NCBI RefSeq assembly: GCF_018977255.1
Contig: NW_024705461.1
Location: forward strand, 1 to 42,586
DNA length: 42,586 bases
Direction: 5' to 3'
Source of the DNA: Callorhinchus milii
Taxonomy: Eukaryota
The notes beneath the pieces are model-generated. The model was not told the DNA's origin. It did not search any database and saw only the letters and a program-made list of their open reading frames with translations. A program made the translations under genes and the position numbers. This document shows positions 36,368 to 42,586 of this stretch, in pieces (within the stretch, counting starts at the first letter, position 1; each line of letters begins with the position of its first letter).

Positions 36368-39300
36368 CCTCTCTCTCTCACACACTTTCTCTCTCTCTGT
36401 CTCTCTCACACACTCTCATTCTCTCTGTCTCTCTTTCTCACAGTCTCTCTGTCTCTCACACTGTCTCTCTCACACACTCACACTCCATCTCTCACACACT
36501 CTCACTGTCTCACACACTGTTTCTCTCACACTGTCTCACAGTCTCTCACACAGTATCTCACACACTCACTGTCTTACTCACTCTGCCTCACACACACTTT
36601 CTCACACTTGTCTGACACACTCTCACACAATCTCACACTCTGTCACTCACACTCACTGTCACACACTCCATTTCTCTCTGTCTCTCACATTGTCTCACTA
36701 TCTTTCACACTGTCTCTCCGTCTCACTCTCTGTCTCTCTCTCACACTCTGTCTCTCTCTCACACTGTCTCACACACTATCTCTGTCTCACACACACTCAC
36801 ACTGTCACACACTTTGTCTCTCACACTCTTTCTCTGTCTCACACTCCGTCTCACATACACTGTCTCTCTTTGACTCTCCATCTCTCACACACTGTCTCTC
36901 GTTCTCTCTCACTCTCACACTATCTCAGACACACTGTCTCTGTCTCTCACACACTGTCTCACACTCACTCTGTCTCCGTCTCTGTCTCTCACACGCTCTC
37001 TCTCCCTGTCTCTCATACAGTCTGTCTCGCTCACACTCGCTCACACAGACTCTATCTCACTCTCACACTGTCTCTCTTTCTCACACACTGTCTCACTCCT
37101 CTGCCTCTCACACACTGTCTCTTTCTCACGCTCTCTCACACTGTCTCTCTCTACCTCACTCTGTCGGTCTCTCTCACGCACACTGTCTCTCACATACACT
37201 GTCTCACTCTCTCCATGTCTCTGTCTCTTGACTCTCACACACTCACTCTGTCTCACACACTGTTTCACTCTGTCTCTTTCTCACTCTCACACTCCCAACT
37301 CTCTCACACTCTTGTCTATCACACTCACACACTTACACACATTCTCACATACACTCACTGCCACACACACACTCTCACACACTATCTCACTCTGCCTCTC
37401 ACACTCTGTCTCTTTCTCACTCTCACACTCTGTCTTTTTTGCTCTCACACACTCACTGTCACTCCATCTCTCACACTCATACACTGTTCTCACTGTCTCA
37501 CACTCAGTCTCTTTCTCTCTCTGTTTCTCTCTCACACACTCTCCGTCTCTCTCTCTGACTCCGTCTCTGATCTCACACACTGTCTCTCACAATCTCTGTC
37601 TCTCTTCCTTATACTCTCTGACACTCTCTGATCTCTCTTTCACACACACTGTCTCTCTATGTCTCACACACACACACACTCACTCTCCATCTCTCACACA
37701 CTGTCTCTCTGACTCTTTCTCACACACTCTGTCTCTCTCTCTGACTGTCTCACTCTTTCTGTCTCTTTCTCACACTCTGACTCACTCACTCTGTCTCACA
37801 CTGTCTCTGTCTATCACACTCTCACTGTCTCTCTCACACTCACACTGTCTCTGCCTTCTTTTTTTTTCTCACACTCTCTCTGCTTCTCTCTCTCTGTCTC
37901 TTTCTCTCACAGACTGTCGCATTCTCTCTCTCTCTCACACACACACTGTTTCTCTCTTCACTCTCTCTCTCCCTCTCTGTCTCTTTCTCTCTCACATACT
38001 CATTCTCTCTCTCTCTCTCTGTCTCTCTCTCACACTCTCTCCTCTCTGTCTCACTCTCTCTCTCTGTGTATCACTCTCTCTGTCTGTCTCTCTTTCTCTC
38101 TCACTCCCTCTCTCTGTCTTTCTTTCTCACACTCTCTCTCACACACACTCTCTCTCTGTCTCTCTTTCACTCCCACACTCTCTCTATGTCCCTCTCTCTC
38201 TGTCTCTCTCTTTCACACACACTCTCTCTCTCTGTCTCTCTCTCACACATCCACCCTCTCTCTCGTTCTCACTCTCTCTCTGTCTGTCTCTCTCTCTTTC
38301 TCTCTCACACATTGTCTCTCTCTATCTCTCTTTCTCTCACACACATTGTCTCTCTCTATCTCTTTCTCACACACTCACTCTCTCTCTCACACAGTCTCAC
38401 TCTCTCTCACTCTGTCCCTCACTCTTTCTCTCACTCACTCTCTCTCTTTCTCTCACACACAATCTCACTCTCTCTCTGTGTCTCTCTCTCACATATTCTC
38501 TCTCTCTGTCTTACTCTATCCCTCACTCTTTCTCTCACACTCTCTCCGTCTCTCTCTCACACACTCTCTCTCACACACTGTCTCACTCTCTCTCTCACAC
38601 ATTCTCTCTCTCTCTCTCTCTCTCTCACTCTATCCCTCACTCTTTCTCTCTCACACTCTTTCCGTCTCTCTCTCTCTCTCACACTCTCTCCATCTCTCTC
38701 TCTCTCACACACACACACTGTCTCACTCTCTCCCTCTCTTTGACTCAATCTCTCTCTCTCCATCTCTCTCTCTCTGTCTGTCTCTCTTTTTTCTCTCTCA
38801 CACTCTCTGTCTCTTTCTCACACACTATCTCACTGTCTCTTTCTTTCTCACACTCACTCTCTCTCTCTGTCTCTCTTTTTTCTCACACTCTCTCTGCTTC
38901 TCTCTCTGTGTCTCTTTCTCTCACAGACTGTCGCACTCTCTCTCTCTCACATACACACTCTCTGTTTCTCTCTTCACTCTCTCTCTCCCTCCCTCTCTCT
39001 TTCTCTCTCACATACTCATCCTCTCTCTCTCTCTGTCTCTCTCTCACACTCTCTCTCTCTGTCTCACTCTCTCTGTGTGTCTCACTCTCTCTCTGTCTCT
39101 CTTTCTCTCACTCCCTCTCTGTCTTTCTTTCTCACACTCTCTCACACACATTCTCTCTCTGCCTCTCTCTCTCTCTCACACACACTCTCTCTCTCTGTCT
39201 CTCTCACACATCCACCCTCTCTCTCTTTCTCTCACTCTCTCTGTCTGTCTCTCTCTCACACTCACTCTCTCTTTCTCTCTCCGTCTCTCTCTCTGTCTCT

Positions 39301-39398
39301 CACACACATTGTCTCTCTCTATCTCTTTCTCACACACTCACTCTCTCTCTCACACAGTCTCACTCTCTCTCACTCTGCCCCTCACTCTTTCCCTCTCA
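36368..39398 (+). repeat. CT/CA low-complexity satellite with an internal duplication (about 37860..38430 and 38875..39390)
   Basis: Rare words tgcttctc, cagactgtcgc, acatccaccct and acacattgtctc recur about 1 kb apart. Confidence 0.9.
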
Positions 39399-40191
39399 CA
39401 AAAAAGACAGAGAGACAGAAAGGACAGTGTGTGAGAGGCAGAGAGAGAGACGGCGTGAGAGTGTGTGATTGTGAGAAAGTGTGATAGAGACACAGAGAGA
39501 TACAGAGAGAGAGTGTGTGAGAAAGAGACAGAGTGTGAGAGAGAGTGTGAGAGAGAAAAAAGAGAGACAGAGAGAGAGACAGAAGAGAGAGAGAGAGAGT
39601 CAAAGAGAGGGAGAGAGTGAGACAGTGTGTGTGTGTGTGTGTGTGTGAGACAGAGAGAGACGGAAAGAGTGTGAGAGACAGAGAGAGTGAGTGAGTCAGA
39701 GAGAGTGAGAAAGAGACAGAGTCTGAGAGAGAAAGACAGAGTGTGAGAAAGAAAGAGACAGAGAGTGTATGTGAGAGAGACAGAGAGAGAGATTCAGAGA
39801 GAGAAATAGACAGAGTGTGAGAAAGAGAGAGAGTGAGAGTATGAGAAAGAGACAGAGAGTGTGTGTGAGGAAGAGAGACGGAGAAAGAGAGTCAGAGTGA
39901 GAGAGAGTGAGACGGAGAGAGTCAGAGAGAGAGAGAGAGAGACGGAGAGAGTGAGTGTGAGAGAGAGACAGAGTGTAAGAGAGAGACAGAGAGAGTGTGA
40001 GAGAGAGACAGAGAGTGAGTCAGAGAGAGGGTGAGAAAGAGAGAGACAGAGTGTGTGTGAGTCAGAGAGAGTGTGATAGAGAGAGAGACAGACATAGAGA
40101 GACAGAGAGTGTGAGAGAGAGACAGAGATCGGAGAGTGAGTGAGAGAGGTGAGAAAAGAGAGACAGAGAGAGTGTGAGAGAGACAGAGAGA

Positions 40192-40228
<37 letters not shown>

Positions 40229-42586
40229 GGAGAGAGAGTGAGAGACGGGGAGAGAGAGAGAGTGAGACAGTGTGTGTGAGAGAGATGGAGAGAGAAAGAG
40301 TGTGTGAGTGAGAGACAGAGAAAGAGTGTGTGAGATAGAGAAACAGAGAGTGAGTGTGAGAGTGTATGAGATAGTGAGACAATGTGTGAAAGAGACAGAG
40401 TGAGTGTGTGTGAGAGAGAGACAGAGACAGTGTGTGAGAGATAAGAGACAGAGAGAGAGACAGAGTGTGTGTGTGTGATAGGAGAGAGACAGAGAGTGTG
40501 TGAGAAAGAGAGAAAGAGTGTGAGAGGAGAGACACAGAGAGTGGGAGAGTGAGACAGTGTGTGTGAGAGATAGAGTGTGTGAGTGTGAGACAGAGTGAGT
40601 GTGTGAGAGAAACAGAGAGTGTGAGACAGTGAGTGTGTGTGAGAGAAAAAAAAGAGAATGTGAGAGAGGCAGAGTGTGTGAGTGAGAGAGGCAGAGTGTG
40701 TGAGTGTGTGTGTCTGAGAGACAGTGTGTGTGTGAGATCAGCGAGTCAGTGTGTGAGAAAGAGACAGTGTGTGTGTGAGAGACAGAGAAACAGAGTGAGT
40801 GTGAGAGAGAGACAGAGAGAGTGAGTGAGACGGAGAGAGACAGAGTGTGAGAGTGTGTGAGAGACAGAGTGTATGAGAGATAGTGAGACAATGTATGCGA
40901 GAGAGACAGAGAGTGAGTGTGAGTGTGTGTGAGAGATAGAGACAGACAGAGAGAGAGACAGTGTGTGTGAGAGATAGAGACAGACAGTGAGTGTGAGTGT
41001 GTGTGAGAGATAGAGACAGAGAGTGTGTGTGTGATAGGAGACAGAGTGTGAGAGAGGAGAGACAGAGAGAGAGAGTGGGAGAGGAGAGAAAGAGAGACAG
41101 AGTGTGTGTGAGAGAAAGATCGTGTGTGTGAGTGTGAGAAAGAAAAAGACAGTGTGTGTGAGACACAGTGAGAGTGTGTGAGAGACAGAGAGAGAATGTG
41201 TAAGAGAGACAGAGAGAGTGTGAGAGAGAAAGAGAGTGTGTGAGAGAAAGAGAAATAGAGAGTGAGACAGAGAGAGAGACAAAGAGAGTGTGTGAGAGAG
41301 ACGGAGATTGTGAGAGAGACAGTGAGAGTGTGAGTGTGAGAGTGAGAGAAAAAAAGACAGAGACAAAGAGAGACGGAGAGAGTGAGTCAGAGTGAGAGAG
41401 TGTGTGTGTGTGAGACGGAGTGTGTGAGAGAATAGACAGAAACAGAGCGAGTGTGAGAGACAGTGAGATGGAGAGACAGAGAGACTGAGTGTGAGACAGT
41501 GTGTGAGAGTGTATGAGATAGAGTGAGACAGTGTGTGCAAGACAGAGTGAGTGTATGAGAGACCGAGAGAGAGACAGTGTGCGAGAGATAGAGCGACCGA
41601 GAGAAAGAGAGGAGAGGGTGTGTGAGAGAGAGAGACAGAGAGACAGAGAGAGAGTGAGAGAGTGTGAGAGGAAAGACAGAGAGTGAGAGTGTGAGAGAAA
41701 CAGAGAGTGAGTCCTTGAGAGTGAGTGTGTGTGTGAGTGTGTGTGTGAGAGGGAGAGAGTGGTGTGTGTAAGAGAGACAGAGTGTGAGAGAAAGTGTGAG
41801 AAAAAAAGAGTCAGTGTGAGTGTGAGACAGAGTGTGTGAGAGGCAGAGTGAGATAGTGTGTGTGTGAGAGGCAGAGTGTGATAAAGAGAGAGACAGACAT
41901 AGACAGAGTGTGTGTGTGTGTGAGAAAGAGATCAAGTGAGTCAGAGGGTGAGAAAGAGAGAGACAGAGAAAGAGTGTGTGTGAGGGAGAGGCAGAGAGTG
42001 TGATAAAGAGACAGACATAGAGAGACAGAGTGTGTGAGAGAGACAGAAAGTGAGAGAGGAGACAGAGTGAGTGAAAGACAGTGTGAGTGTGTGAGATGGT
42101 GTGTGAGAGAGACGAGAGACAGAGTGAGTGTGTGAGTGTGAGAAAGAAAGAGACAGAGGGAAAGTGTGTGTAAGAGAGAGCAGAGTGTGAGAGAGTGTGT
42201 GTGAGAGAAACAGAGAGTGTGTGAGAGACGGAGAGTGAGAGTGTGAGACAGTGAGTGTGTGTGTGTGAGAAAAAGAGAAAGACAGTGTGAGTGTGAGACA
42301 GTGTGTGAGAGGCAAAGTGAGATAGTGTGTGTGTGAGACAGTGTGTGTGTGAGGCAGTGTGATACAGAAAGAGACAGACATAGAGACAGAGTTTGTGAGT
42401 GTGAGAAAGAGAGAGATCAGAGTGAGTGAGTCAGAGTGAGAGACAGAGAGAGTGTGTGTGTGAGAGAGAAAGACGGAGAGAGTGAGTCAGAGAGAGAGAG
42501 ACAGGGAGAGAGACTGAGAGAGAGAGAGAGAGAGTGTGTGTGAGTGAGACAGAGAGAGAGAGAGACAGAGAGACCGAGTGTGTGAG
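39399..42586 (-). repeat. Same type of satellite in inverted orientation (GA/GT-rich on +)
   Basis: Abrupt switch to gagaga/gtgtga words, whose reverse complement matches the vocabulary of 36368..39398. Confidence 0.9.

Noticed and set aside
36358..36370. Interstitial telomere seed ttagggttaccct
   Set aside because: Only one TTAGGG, which is expected by chance.
36608..42381. Long ORFs up to 746 aa rich in Ser/Leu/His/Thr (also those at 3593, 6375, 12256, 15761)
   Set aside because: CT/CA repeats lack stop codons; there is no domain signal.

Overview
Eukaryotic, repeat-dense vertebrate DNA, most likely from a cartilaginous fish judging by the CR1 3' end, L2 LINEs and tRNA/Deu-type SINEs (inference). 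The window holds ten coding exons of a folliculin (FLCN) gene on the + strand (5288..34886), equivalent to human exons 5-14; the first coding exon lies upstream of the window. Introns are filled with CA/CT/TG low-complexity tracts, degraded L2 and CR1 LINEs and SINEs, and almost all long ORFs in the supplied track are artefacts of these repeats. The most unusual structure is an array of 18 extra copies of the exon-7 splice acceptor (pyrimidine tract + AG + first 23 exon bases) spread over 3.2 kb upstream of the real exon. Sixteen copies keep an AG|GT recursive-splice-like junction, and all would give a premature stop if used as alternative acceptors. The exon-10 donor is similarly duplicated. 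Other points: a 1-nt frameshift in the exon-12 equivalent, DNA-level duplications between introns, a head-to-head SINE-tail hairpin with target duplication, a nested inverted SINE pair downstream of the stop codon, and a sharp strand inversion of a 6-kb satellite at about 39400. Human comparisons are from memory, not from a search.
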